From positions 65,968,001 through 66,032,000 of the forward strand of contig OZ024746.1 of assembly GCA_964016885.1 (NCBI GenBank): DNA of 64,000 bases, read 5' to 3'. Below the pieces are notes generated by a model. The model did not search any database and was not told where the DNA came from. It was given only the letters and a program-made list of their open reading frames with translations. This document shows positions 13,649 to 27,316 of this stretch, piece after piece (the first letter of the stretch is position 1; each line of letters opens with the position of its first letter). The DNA comes from Eledone cirrhosa. Its lineage: Eukaryota. Position numbers and translations under genes: made by a program.

Positions 13649-13836
13649 TGTTTCTACGTTGGGCACAAAGCCAGCAAATACCCAGTGTATTACTGGTACT
13701 TTATTTTATCGACTCCGTAAGGATGAAAGGCAAGGTTGAACTCAGCGGGATTTGAACTCAGAATGGCAAGGGCCGTAACTCTATGCGCCAAAGCATGGCA
13801 TCCGACACTATACGGATACTGGCAATCCACCGCCCT
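13649..13836 (-). mobile_element. SINE family A, full length with 18-bp TSD
   Basis: TSD ATTCTTCATATTAATAAT at 13631-13648 and 13838-13855. Confidence 0.92.
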
Positions 13837-14087
13837 CATTCTTCATATTAATAATATGTCTATAAATGTGTTACACAAAGTGACCTTTATGGTTCCTATT
13901 TCGATTAATTAGATAGACATACAGATGTCCTATCTTTCGCTAATAATTAACGAGGATATCAAGAATATGAAATCATACACACACACACACACACACATAC
14001 GCACACACGTACACGCACATATATACACACACGCGCACACTCACGCACACACAAGCACACAGTCACACACACACGCGCACACAGACA

Positions 14088-14120
<33 letters not shown>

Positions 14121-14125
14121 TTCGA

Positions 14126-14183
14126 ATACCTGATGATATCACCGGATTCATACGGAACCCGGTCATTGAAATGATCATAGTAT
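14126..14183 (+). ncRNA. Type I hammerhead ribozyme in a ~120-bp insert within (TA)n
   Basis: ATAC-CTGATGA-TATCACCGG...CCGGTCATT-GAAA-TGATCA-TA-GTAT, with palindromic loop III TGATCA. Confidence 0.8.
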
Positions 14184-14233
14184 AATACACCTTTCAAGGA
14201 ATTACACAAGTCTAGCCTCCTATCATTTTATTA

Positions 14234-14273
<40 letters not shown>

Positions 14274-14408
14274 TATATATTTAGGAGGTGAGTTTTATTG
14301 TAGTACAATAAAGCAATGCAGATATCGGATAAGAAGCACTCTACAATTTGTAGGACTGGAGTATACATAATATATAAGATCAAAAGATGGTTAAATGAGT
14401 TCCATGTA

Positions 14409-14475
14409 TTTTATTATGCCCATTTCAAAAACAAATATCATCATGCAATAACATTTGTGTTGTCATCAGATAAAA
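14409..14475 (-). ncRNA. Type I hammerhead ribozyme (left arm of palindrome)
   Basis: Minus strand: TTTTAT-CTGATGA-CAACACAAATGTTATT gcat GATGATATTTGTTTTT-GAAA-TGGGCA-TA-ATAAAA. Confidence 0.75.
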
Positions 14476-14604
14476 TATGAGGACATGATATGAAGGTTAA
14501 AAACACTTGTGGATAGTTCAGTTTTAAATCAACATATATGATATGTTGATTTAAAACTGAACTATCCACAAGTGTTTTTTTAACCTTCATATCATGTCTT
14601 CATG

Positions 14605-14671
14605 TTTTATCTGATGAAAACACAAATATTATTGCATGATGATATTTGTTTTTGAAATGCGCATAATAAAA
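14605..14671 (+). ncRNA. Type I hammerhead ribozyme (right arm of palindrome)
   Basis: TTTTAT-CTGATGA-AAACACAAATATTATT gcat GATGATATTTGTTTTT-GAAA-TGCGCA-TA-ATAAAA, with long stem II and palindromic loop III. Confidence 0.85.
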
Positions 14672-15931
14672 TACATGGAACTCTTTTAACCATCTTTTGT
14701 TCTTATATATATATGAATATACAGTGCAGTGTAGCAATTTTCTCTGAATGTAAAGAATCCTTCGTTTTGTGTTCGAATATACTTTCTGAGAAGTGATGAC
14801 ATTAGATTGTGGTACAGATAGTCCACTCATAGATACGAACTACTACGGGACAGCACAAGATTTTGTTCACACAACTTATGAGATGCCTTGAAACTTTGAA
14901 CACTGTGCTTTTTAGCCAATTAACTGGGAAGTTTACACAGTCAATATTGAATATTAAATAGCGTAAATGTAGACTGGCATGGCATAAAGCATTGAATCAT
15001 AGCCCAACAAATTACACACAAACGTATTTCAAAGCCACGACGATTTGCATAACATCGTTCACGATATAGCCAATAGGGCAAGGTAAAAAACAGACAAACA
15101 CTTTCATAATTATACTCTATCGTGTTTGACAGATATGGTTAACATAGTGAGGAAAAGAAGGATGTCCTAGAATTACAAATTTTTCGAAAAATATTCTCTC
15201 CCTATCCCAATCACACACAATGACATTCAATCACACACAAAGAATCACAGGCAGACGCGCATACATACATGAATACATACATGAATGCATACATACATAT
15301 ATACATACATGCATACACACATACATACATACATATTTTCATACATATATTCATACATATATTCATACATACATAAATACATGCATACATACATGCATAC
15401 ATACATACATATACATACACGTGTCAATGTAAATAAAATCACCTATCCATTTTCCTTGATAACGAATTCATCCTTCTTTCCTTGCTTACATTATTTCTTG
15501 CTTTCTTTCCCCTGTTTCCATTCTTTTTTGTTCCATTTCTTCCTTTCCCCTTTTCACCTTATTCCTTGTTTCTTTCTCACTTACTACGTTACCAATATTC
15601 CGTTTCTTTACTTGCCTTGTTTTTTAACATATATTTCTATTTGATTTAGTCATGTCTCTCTCCTGATAATGTTAAATCAGTAATTTTAATTTCCTCATGA
15701 TATACGACATTCAAAATAGAACAGGCATTGTGTAAGGAAACGCTGAATAAATTAAACCTAGTATGTTTTAAACATTGTATTTCTAACACTGAGTTGTTTT
15801 TAGACATGAATTATTTCAATGGTGTAAACATTATCCACCGCTTTATCTAGCGCTCTCTCTCTCTGTTTCTCTCTCCCCTCTCCCCGGACACTCACACTTT
15901 CTTTCCCTCTGTTTCACTCTCTCAATTAATC

Positions 15932-15977
<46 letters not shown>

Positions 15978-15985
15978 ATATTAAT

Positions 15986-16166
15986 TGTTTCTACTTTAGG
16001 CACAAGGCCAGCAACTACCCAGTGCCTCACTGGTACTTTATTTTATCGACCCCGTAAGGATGAAAGGCAAAGTCAACCTCGGCGGGATTTGAACTCAGAT
16101 CGTAAAGGGACGTAACTATGCTAGAAAGCATGGCGTCCGACCCTCTACCGATACTACCAATCCACC
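15986..16166 (-). mobile_element. SINE family A with 19-bp TSD, nested in the end of a fold-back element
   Basis: TSD ATATATACAATATATTAAT at 15967-15985 and 16168-16186. Confidence 0.9.
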
Positions 16167-16169
16167 AAT

Positions 16170-16642
16170 ATATACAATATATTAATAAATGTAAACTATA
16201 TTTATAAAACCATATTTATTTTATTATATATATTTCAAGGGCAATCAAGGCAAATGATGGTGCGCTTTCATCAGATAAAACACAGATTTATTTTATATAT
16301 AAATATTGATATACCCGGAAAAAAGACAACCTTAACGGTTGGAGCTTCCTGGATAGTGGAGATAATATTTTATTGAGGGTAATACAAAGTTATAAGTGAG
16401 TATGCAAATGAGTGTCCGAAAAGTTGAAAAGATAACGGTTTATTTAAATTAAACTGTTGGAAGAAGAGGATATGTAAGGGAGAGCGAAAAGAAAAAGAAA
16501 AAGAAAAGGAAGGAGAAAGAGAGAAGAGGAAAAAAAACGATTATACATAGTGATAGTGAAGATAGTTTTGACTATTGAGTGCTTTATATCAGTTATAAAA
16601 ATGTTTAAGCTTGTTGAATTCTAACAAATTAAATATAACCTC

Positions 16643-16645
<3 letters not shown>
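16170..16645 (+). mobile_element. Short copy of the 6125-8263 family (inverted arm plus tail)
   Basis: Colinear with 6125-6490, then jumps to the 8193-8263 tail. Confidence 0.8.
16219..16280 (-). ncRNA. Type I hammerhead ribozyme, core intact
   Basis: Minus strand: TTTTAT-CTGATGA-AAGCGCA...TGCCCTT-GAAA-TATATA-TA-ATAAAA. Confidence 0.75.
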
Positions 16646-16701
<56 letters not shown>

Positions 16702-16789
16702 GAAGGAATACCGGGATTGGGAGAGGAAATAGTTTAAATATTATTACAAGATAAATCGTGTGATTGGGGCTTGAATGATATTAATTATT

Positions 16790-16966
16790 TGGAGTATCGG
16801 TAAAGGGTTGAACGCCATGCTTTCTAGAATAGTTACGTCCCTTTACGGTCTGAGCTCAAATCCCGTCGAGGTTAACTTTGCCTTTCATCCTTATACGGTG
16901 GATAAAATAGATACCAATAATGTACTGGGTAACAGCTGGCCTTGTACCAAAAGTATAAACAATTAA
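16790..16966 (+). mobile_element. SINE family A (diverged)
   Basis: Colinear with the other copies. Confidence 0.88.
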
Positions 16967-18562
16967 TTTGGAGTATACATTCTATTTAATTTAAGAGAAG
17001 AATCACAGATTTCAACAAGTCTAAAAAAAGGTTGCTGCCCATTGATTTTGCCAGGACTTCGAGATGGCTGTTATAATTATGTTGTGGAACTATAATGTCA
17101 TTAAATTTCAACGTAAACAAATACAAGGTAAATATAAAATGGTAACAGCTGTAAGAAATATAGTAGCTGCCACTTCTGTACAGAAGAGGGCCATCTCTTC
17201 AACGAATTCCTTTCTATTATAAAACACCACCAAATGCAGGTTGTATGTGTATATGTTTGTCTAGCGGCTTAATCCATAAGTTTGACTTCACCCGTACAAG
17301 AGTAATATTTTAATCTATATTAAATATATCCTCACACAATATAACTATCACCTTCCTTCTACTTGCTATGTAGGGTTCAAATATTATGATTCATATTCAC
17401 CAATTCAAGTAACGTCCTAGTTTACCTAGAATAATTTAATTTATACTATATTTCTAAGCCTTACTACTTCTCTCGAAAATCCTTTTCAAATTCGCAGGCT
17501 TTAATATATTTCCTTAATGTAATAGCAAATAAAATAAATGTTACTAAACAATTCTTTCATAGGTAAATCAGCCTCCGCGTTTATAGAATATTTTATAGAA
17601 AATGTCATTTATAAATATCTGTACGTTCTGCATTGTGTTAACTGTTTGAATAACTATGAGCGGGGACATTTCAAGAAGTGACATTCACCCACCTCATCAA
17701 TATATATATATATTCACTCATCTGTGTATGCCAATGTTCATGTAAACACTCACTTAGGGATGTCTATACATATATATATATGTGTATGCGTGTGTGTGTC
17801 ACCCTGTGTGTGTGTATGTGCTGTGTGTGTGTGTGTATTATATACCCCCACCGCCCATATATATATATACATAATCATATTCACTGACATTTGATTTGGG
17901 ATATTTATATCAACGAAATAAATTCATAAAGGGATTGGTTGGAATTACCACATAAATTCAATCTAAGTAAATATATGTAGAATCGTAAAAAAATAGTTTC
18001 AGAAATTGATATATTGGATGTAATTTTCAGAATAAAAAGCATTTCTCTCTCTTTGTGGCTGGTACAATTTTAATTCAATTTCATACTTAATATGAGATAC
18101 CAACAAACATGTCAGCAATGGTTAATATATTCATTTTAAAATGTTATATAAATATATCTTCCAAATACGTTATTAAGTTTTAGTATCCCCTTTTTCTTTC
18201 CTTTATTTGATGCCAATGAGGAATTTAATACTTTAAAAATTATACAATGAAAGCACGCAACTTTGCTATTTTGGGTAAATAGGAAAATTCATGATGAAAT
18301 GCATACCTCATTCACGTACTATTTAACGTTGGGAGTTATATGAAATAAATCATACATACACAAACATGTAAAAACATACATGAATACATACATATTTCTA
18401 GCTCCCCACAATCTCATTCTCTCTCCACCCCCTCTCTTTCTTTCTCTTTTTTCACTCTCTTTCACTCTTTCCCTGTCCCTGAATATATATATACATATGA
18501 AATTATAAAATGTGAACCTAATATATGTGTGTAATTTTGACTCCTGTATTTTGTTTCTTTCT

Positions 18563-18658
<96 letters not shown>

Positions 18659-20113
18659 TGAAGTGACAGAGAGGGTGGTGAGAGAGTGAGGAGTTGACAG
18701 AGATATGTGTATAATGTTGCTATGGTATCTGTGATTGCCATTATTTTATGACATGTTCTGAAATATATCTTCTCTATCATTTGCACAAATCGCGCTGCAA
18801 ACAAATATACTCCGATGAGAATATGACGCCCTTTGTTAAATGAATTATATCAATATCATATTATTTTACTGCCTTTATACTCACCTGGGAAAGAAGACCA
18901 GTGCTGTAAACAATAGACGAACAATTTTGGAAAACGTTAATAAATGTAAAATTTACTAAAGATACGAATATAATGAGAATTATATGCAGTTCTATAGAAA
19001 ATTGTCTTTTTATTAACCAGAAAATAATTGTCAATACCCTTGATACAATTCTATATAGAGAGTGTCAATTGACCAAGCGTTCACATGTGTATTTCATCTA
19101 ATAATATTTACCTTTGAGACATGAGAAATTTGCGTGAGAACAAAACATCATTTCCAAAGTATAATAATAGGCCTAACATTTTTGAAACAACAAAAGCAAC
19201 CAGGTATCTACAACAAAAGGACTACCAACAACACAAATATCACATCAATAGAAATAGAAACTGGAAATATATTTGATGTTTTTCATCAATGGATTCATAT
19301 CTGCAACTCCATCATATTTTTTATACATGTAAAACATACATTTATATGTATCAATAATCCTTTGTTTATTTAAAAACTTTAATAGTACACGGTCACATTG
19401 TTATTTCGAGAAGAAAATCGAAACAGGGTACAGTGAGCTAATAGGTGTAATTGTAATACACCATGCTCAATTTATGTTTTAATGGAGTGTATTTTGATAA
19501 CTCAAATGTGCGAATCCATCAAGTATGCACTTTTTATGTACACTCACACACAGAGATACAGAAACGCACACACATACACCCACACAAACACCCACACATA
19601 TATATATATATTCATAATTTCATACATTTCTATGGGCGTAAGCTTTTATGTATCTACCCCAGGTATCCAGATTTTATATGACAAAAACGTCAAATTATTA
19701 TGACTAGATCAGCTGTTATACATGTAGTGGATAAGCCAATTATACCGAATGAACATGTAGTATCATGAAGTAGACAGGATCTAGGAATAACGTATTTTCT
19801 TACACAAAAACGCTTGTTTGTGTCTTATGGTTTAGAGAAATACAGCAAACTTAATATTGTCTTGGAATGAATTTTACACAAAAGTATTTAATATAAATAT
19901 AATACAGATTTACAAATATATATATATCCAGTGTTATCCGGCGTAATACCGTCTATAACATGATTCATTTAACATGGTACCAACAGAATTTGGTTCAATG
20001 CCATTGTATCTAAACAAAATTCCTCCCAAACACAATTCATATAAAATTCATATAAAATTAATCTATATATATATGTTCATATTTCTTCCACTATTAAATC
20101 AATATATAGATAA

Positions 20114-20184
<71 letters not shown>

Positions 20185-20559
20185 GACGTCATTTATATTT
20201 AGAATTACCATATCAATTCGCTTATTTAAGGCTTTAAATGAGAATCCTAGGGACGAACTCTTGTTTATATATACACAAACATCAATTATTAGCTATAAGA
20301 ATTGGTATGGACAATAACAAATATACTCGAAAGATTTCAGAGGATTGATGGTTTCAACAAATTCCGATAAGTTGAACAGCCCGAAGTTATCATTGTTTGA
20401 CTTTCCTGGTTCTTTCTTGATATATATAGGTCGGTTTGTGTACTGTTAAAACAAGCTGGTTTTTTTCAAAACATGGATTATTTCCAAATATGCGGTGGGG
20501 GAGCTGCCACTTCAATTTTACTGAACCTATTTGGTTTTAGCTACATCTGGAGAACTTCA

Positions 20560-21540
20560 TTGTACACAGATTTTATTGTGTGCAAAAATGATGCTGGTCA
20601 TGGAGCTGTTCATCTGCCTGGCCCATCGTTATAAATCAGGACATGAAGGACTTCGGGGTGTGGGGTAATGTTGTTATTGCATAATGACTCACATTCTTTT
20701 ATCACTTTGTTTTCCGTAGACTCATATTGTTGTTTCAAGTCACTGCCTAGATTTAAATAGGTAAACTATAAAAAGAGGGCCTCCGTTCTATTCACTTTAG
20801 GAAGTTCTGTCTTAAATGCGTTGAACATAACCTTCTCCAAATGAATTGCATTTGACAATAACGCACATTTTTGCTCTAAGTTATCTCTCTTAAAATTGTT
20901 GCGCATATTTGTTTTCCGATTCTTTGGGTAATAAAGCAAACGTTAGTGGCAGTGAAGCTTTTGTTTTTAAATCCATTCAGGTTATACAGCTGATAGAACA
21001 ATAAAGGAACAGTGTTAAACGTTCCGTCAGCACACCAATGCTGACTTTGTGATAATCTATTCAAATTACGCTTTCAACTGGTCTACAATACATCGAAAAG
21101 TGAACACCGTTAAACGTTTCAGTACATTGATGGGAGAAATTACTTCCCTACTATGTGTCCAGAATTTTTCTATCGTGGGGATAAAATCTGTGAATGATTT
21201 GTTGGACGTTTCGGAGCAAGTACATTTTACTGAATTTTAAAAGGCACCAGATATTTTTGAACGTGGTGCTAATTTTTTAGATTCTACAAGATGTCATATT
21301 TATGACAATGGCTTAGTAGCTCCCGCTACAGTGGCATCTAGGATGTGGCTGTGCTCAGCCACATTATTCTCAATTTCATTGTTAACGGTCGTTATGTGAA
21401 CACACCACTCGGTATTATAATAGTTTCGGCCTTTCAAATAAAGACTATATCCATTTGACCGTTCTTATGAAATATATAACCATTTTCACTCAACGTTTTG
21501 TGATCTTTCTCTCAATCAAATAATTGGGGATACATAATGA
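20560..21540 (-). pseudogene. Decayed FLYWCH-MULE (Mutator-like) transposase
   Basis: HWCADGTFNTVPLLFYQLYNLNG is the MULE DGTF motif. Upstream lies a LSENGY...EHSH FLYWCH-like segment. Many stops. Confidence 0.8.
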
Positions 21541-24500
21541 TCCACTGAGTTTTTGAAATAAAACTAAAACTCAATATCCTCAACAACTTCACAGACCCGA
21601 CAACTTACCGTGAAAAATGCTTAACCGCGACTCATGCTGCAAAGCTGCTGAAAAGATGTCCACTATCGCAAGATTGATTTAGTATAACTGATTTTTATTT
21701 ACATCCATTTGTTTCTTTTGATATTTGTTTAATTTAGAGAAACACATACAAAAAGAATGCCTTTGTTGCTTTAGAAAATTATATTCATTAGTGTTTTCAT
21801 GAAAATATAAAACATGAATTTATGAATTGTTTTAAGCGAATTGCGACATTTACTAATAAATATTTTCCTGCAATACATGTACGAATCAAGAAATAAATTT
21901 TAGAGCTATCACGGAATTCATAAAAATAAAATTTCACTTAGATATTTTAAAGTACACTCTTTTTATGCGGAAATATCCCACAACGTCATAGTTCAACAAA
22001 CGCCGTGTAATGCTCACCAGAGATTAAATAAAATATATGATATTTCAATTCAGTTTCAAAATAAAAACAACGATTTTCTAACCCGGTGATTTTTGTAGAT
22101 AATATCAGATGCGATAAATATGGCACACTTGATCAGTACTTAATGAAGAATATATATGATATATTTAATATATTTTCTTACTTGTTCTATCCAGACATTT
22201 GTTGTCAGCACTTGGTTAACTTCATCCTGTGGAAGAGAATAAGAGATAACATGATTAATATTCAGTGATTTTTCAAATTTCTTTTTTACTTCTATAATTT
22301 CACAATTTTTTTACATTGTTTTATAAGAATAATTATGAATGTTGCATGATAGGTAATACCCATTTTTTATTAACTTCTGTTTGACCATAAATAATTATCA
22401 AAGATTTAATATAAAAGACTATAGCGCTTTCATGATTTTGGTTTTGAGATATTTAGGGCAGGATGTCAAGAATGTCCTCTAGAAAATATCGGGTAAATTC
22501 ACGCGCAAATATTCCACAATATGTGATTCATCGGCATGTTCCTTCCTATGGTGAGATTCTCTACCACTACAGAAACGACTTAAGTTTGTCAGCGCTGTCC
22601 TGCACTAAAAGTGCACCTATTCAGACAATCACGGCGCAATCCTATTTCCATATCTTTCTCCATCCCCCAAAGCGCTCAACACACTGCTCCTGTTTCTTTC
22701 ACATGTATTTACTACAAGTGTCAACTAGCAACAGTTAAATATGAGCACAAATGCCACCAATCTCCGTCACGGATAGCCTGTGAATCACATGAGCCAAAAC
22801 TTGGCAAATATATAAAATATATTTAATATTTCAAATTTTTGTTATTTAAATCCTTCAATGTTGTCTAGACGTTGATCTTATATCATGTTTCTTGGTCAAA
22901 TTTCAATATAATGTCTTATGATTTATTGTGAATATTAATATTGATATCCGCAGTGTAATCTATACGTGTCTTCTATAATTAACGTTTCCTATTACTCCTT
23001 TCTAATTTAGTGTCTCAGAAGGTCATAGATTACACACATTAATATTCACCCGTTTTATTAATTTATATTAAATTAATTTTCCGCAATTTTCTAAGAGGTA
23101 AATTTCTTATTTACATTGCGTCTTTAGTCGGTTTTGATATACTCTATGAAAAATATATTGATTTGTATTATTAGATATTCAAAGGATTAGAAGGGAGCAG
23201 TTTCCATCATACTTAGAATATCCGCCCATATTAATGAAATCAATATAAGTGATGTTCACCAAAACTTTCTGTGGGTTGTTACGTATTCAAACATATTAAA
23301 AAGATGGCCTTCCAGTTTTCTGATGTGAAAAGATTAATAAAATTGTTAGTCTAATGAAACAGTTGGAATAATGCTCGGAGAACGAGGCTATCATATGTTG
23401 GATAGAAGGCATCAAGATGTTAAATATATAAGAATAAAGTTTAGTAGACCTAGAAGAGTAATTGAGTACAACATTCGCACACATGTCTTAGAAGGTTTCG
23501 TGTGCCACTGACATTTCTCAATCGATTGCTGAACATGTCTTGTGTGTTTTGCATATGCAATAATAGGTCCCACTCGGATATGAAATGTAATAACTTTTCT
23601 ATCAGATATTTGTTATCATAGAGTAACGTATTTAATCGGAAGTATTCTATCGTCCAGACAATGAAGTATATATTTGTGACGCTGTTATTTTAACTTTATC
23701 TTACAGAGGAGAATAGAACATATCCCACTAAGTCATAAAAAGGCTAGTATTGGTAGACAATCTGACGATTTGTAGTCACATAGTGTACATACACGGCTAT
23801 AATCTATTGTAAGTCGTCTTCCGTTATATGAATACTGAAAACAACTAGAAGCTCATTACCCAGTGGTATATATTTTCATGAAAACAGTGTTATCTAATAT
23901 AACGTATTTAGATTGCTTGCAGATAAAGTATGCGCTTCGAGAATTGTAGAATTGCATAGAACGGGAAAGTTTGCAAATGGATGCTGGAAGGTGATAATTA
24001 GATAGAAATGAATTCTGAACTCGGTGTGACAAAAGAGTTGACAATGAGGATGCTACGTAACGAGTACCGAGATACGTGTCGACAGGAAATGTATGAGGCA
24101 GCGAAACACCTTTCATGATGTTACTTGTTTCCCTAGCAATATCATACATGTCTACAAATACATTTATATTCTCATAAAGAAATGTATTGTGCATATTATT
24201 TCACAATGTCATCAATCAAACAGAGACAGCATAGTCATATGACATACTGTTTGAATTTATTACACTAATATCTGTTGGATAGACACAACATATGAAAAGA
24301 AAAATACCGATTGTGTGAACTCTGTAAAGATATCTATGTCATCAACCATGGAAATAAATTACTTTTTGGCGTTCCGAAACCATTCATGATCATTATGAGA
24401 GGGGAAAAAAGAAAAAGTTCATTATTTTGTTTTACTGCATAAGAATTAAGCTGATATGATATTATTGCTAGTAGTGTTTTTATTATGTTTAGATAATATT

Positions 24501-25461
24501 AAACGTAAATGTGATGAAGTGGTGTAGTCCATTGTATAGCTCAGGGAAAAAAAACTTCAACTTTAAATAATTTGAAATAACAATGCTGTGGAGCGAAATT
24601 CAATAAAAAAAAATTAATGTCATACTATATAGTTTTCTTTTTTTGCAGATCAAAATTCTTCAAGTCTGGATTGTATCATAGGCACACTATATGGGGTATG
24701 TATAGTTGATTATATTGACCGAATTTTCATAAATTAGGAATATACAGGAGCGTGGATGGATGACAGGCATATAATGTCGTATCCACTAGAACTTAAGCTG
24801 AGAGGGTGAAGGGAAGAGAAACATAAACGAACCTTAATGTCTTTCGTTCTCAAAACAGAAATGAATTCGATTAATTCAATTCTTTCGCTTCAGATATATA
24901 TTTTCATAAATGAAGATGTCCTTATATTCTAAGGATATTGAGAACAATCAATAGGTAACTAATATGCTGTAGTGAATAAGGAATTTGTGGAAATGAAATA
25001 AATAATGTGAAAATACAAAAGTAATTGAATTTTTTTCTGAGGGCATTTTCCTTTAATTAGCTCTCCGTAAAACATCTGCTTGCGGATACAGCTATCGTCT
25101 ATTATATCCGGCAACTCCTGTCACATTGGCGAGACATCGGCAAACAAACAGGCAACTCCACCAAGCTTCCTTGGTGAAGAGTTTGATTTTGGACACCCTG
25201 TAGTATGAAAAACAAAATCTGACAAAGGGCGGAGTCAATTGCCATCCAATACGGTGTGCATATGTATATATTGTGTGAGTGTGTAAGTGTGTAAGTGAGT
25301 GTATGTGAGGGTGTGTTTTCTTTTACATATTAATCTATGAACATACGCCGAAGTACAAATATGAGCTGAGGAATAACAAATGCACACACACACACACACA
25401 CAAACACACACATATATTATATATATATATATATGCATATATATATGTATATCTTTATATG

Positions 25462-25512
<51 letters not shown>

Positions 25513-25684
25513 GTGAGGTTTTTTTTACAAAATGAAAAATAACCGAGGTGTCCTACACGAGTGGAAGTATAAAGAAAAAGGGATGAAATCGAAAATGCAA
25601 CTGAAGTCTTATTCTTTTTTTTTTTTTAAATATATATATTTAAAAAAAAAAAATAAGACTTCAGTTGCATTTTCGATTTCATCC

Positions 25685-25758
<74 letters not shown>

Positions 25759-25761
<3 letters not shown>

Positions 25762-25978
25762 AACCAGTAAGACCCCGACAGCTGAGCTCAAGCCGTTTCG
25801 ACGGCTAATTCTGGACTAATTCTGGACTAATTCTGGCTAATTCCAGAATTAGCCGTCGAAACGGCTTGAGCTCAGCTGTCGGGGTCTTACTGGTTCCTAT
25901 TACCCACTCTACTACCTCAAGTATTGAGTACTTTGGTGCGTTATGGTCCACCTGGTTCCTTACCACATTTCCTTCGTT
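25759..25978 (+). mobile_element. Family F fold-back mini-element
   Basis: Perfect arms, loop expanded by CTAATTCTGG(A) repeats, same tail as 11595-11675, (TA)n flanks. Confidence 0.88.
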
Positions 25979-27025
25979 ATATATATATATATATATATAT
26001 CTGTGTATATATGTATGTATGTATGATAGTAAGGTGTCTAACAACATGTGGATGCTTTCGATACTCTTATGATGGCCGTCTCGTGTTGGGTTGTATTACG
26101 GAGTTAAGGCGACTGTGGAGTTCAGAGTGCAAATAAAGTAGGTAGGATCAAATCATTGTTGCATCATATATATATATTTTACTATTATTCCAATATCGAT
26201 TAGCTGAGGATAAAATCAAATTGACCAGGGCTCGACTATTCCTCGACACCTCACCAGATATGCAAGTTCATATGTGCAGAAACACATCCACACTCTTAAC
26301 AAAGTCGCGAGAGACATTTATATAAATGGAATATCGTGGAAGAGTCGTAACCCAGTCTTTATATGTGTGTGTGTCAGTACTTAGCTGTCACACAACTTAT
26401 TCTGATACTGCCCACATGTAGTCACACACACGAAAGGACATACACATATATTTATATGTTTTAATGTTTGAACAAATATATACTAGTAAGTTGTGTACCA
26501 GGTGCATATAATAGTGCGCTTAAACACTGTATACTTTGCCTTCGATAAACTAACGTAAATTTACAGCTGTCTTATATACGCAAACTGTCTTATATGCAAA
26601 CTGTCTTATATCATTCAAACTATATAAAGTATTTTGTTTCTCCAGTCTGGACACTGAAACTTATATTTATATATCTGAGTGCATATATATGTATGTGTCT
26701 GTGTGTATATCTTTGCCTAAATCAGTAGAATCCGGGCAACATTGGTGGTGGTATGTTTGGTTAAATAGCAATAGAAAAAGTTCAAATAGTACCACTATTT
26801 GAACTAGACGTGTATTTGTTTTCTGTGATTAGCGAAATCACAAAAATCACGTTCATTAAGTTAGAAGCTGATTATCATGCTCTGCAAGCTGAATATTATG
26901 AATTGCAATTATATTTTTCAATTTGGTTTATTAACGTTTCTAATGGTGGTAGTGGTTGGGTCACTTAAGTGTCCGCGAAATTTACATGTGTGTGTTTGTA
27001 TGTTGTATGTGCTTGTTTGTGCGGT

Positions 27026-27077
<52 letters not shown>

Positions 27078-27081
<4 letters not shown>

Positions 27082-27099
27082 TGTTATACTTTGGGAGGA

Positions 27100-27159
<60 letters not shown>

Positions 27160-27195
27160 TGTTATACTTTGGGAGGGTCATGTTGCCAATAATAA
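27078..27195 (-). mobile_element. Duplicated PLE terminal remnants among CA/TA microsatellites
   Basis: TATTGTTATACTTTGGGAGG occurs twice, the second continuing GTCATGTTGCCAATA as at 62763-62797. Confidence 0.7.
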
Positions 27196-27221
27196 ATATA
27201 TAAATATATAAAAATACACAC

Positions 27222-27316
<95 letters not shown>

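Larger units (their letters stand above)
14360..14720. repeat. ~360-bp palindrome (3-nt spacer at 14538-14540) carrying one hammerhead per arm
   Basis: ...AAATCAACATAT-atg-ATATGTTGATTT... with arms alignable for ~170 bp. Confidence 0.92.

Noticed and set aside
19925-20300. Possible minus-strand Helitron (hairpin then CTGG)
   Set aside because: The terminus is imperfect and there is no second copy in the window.
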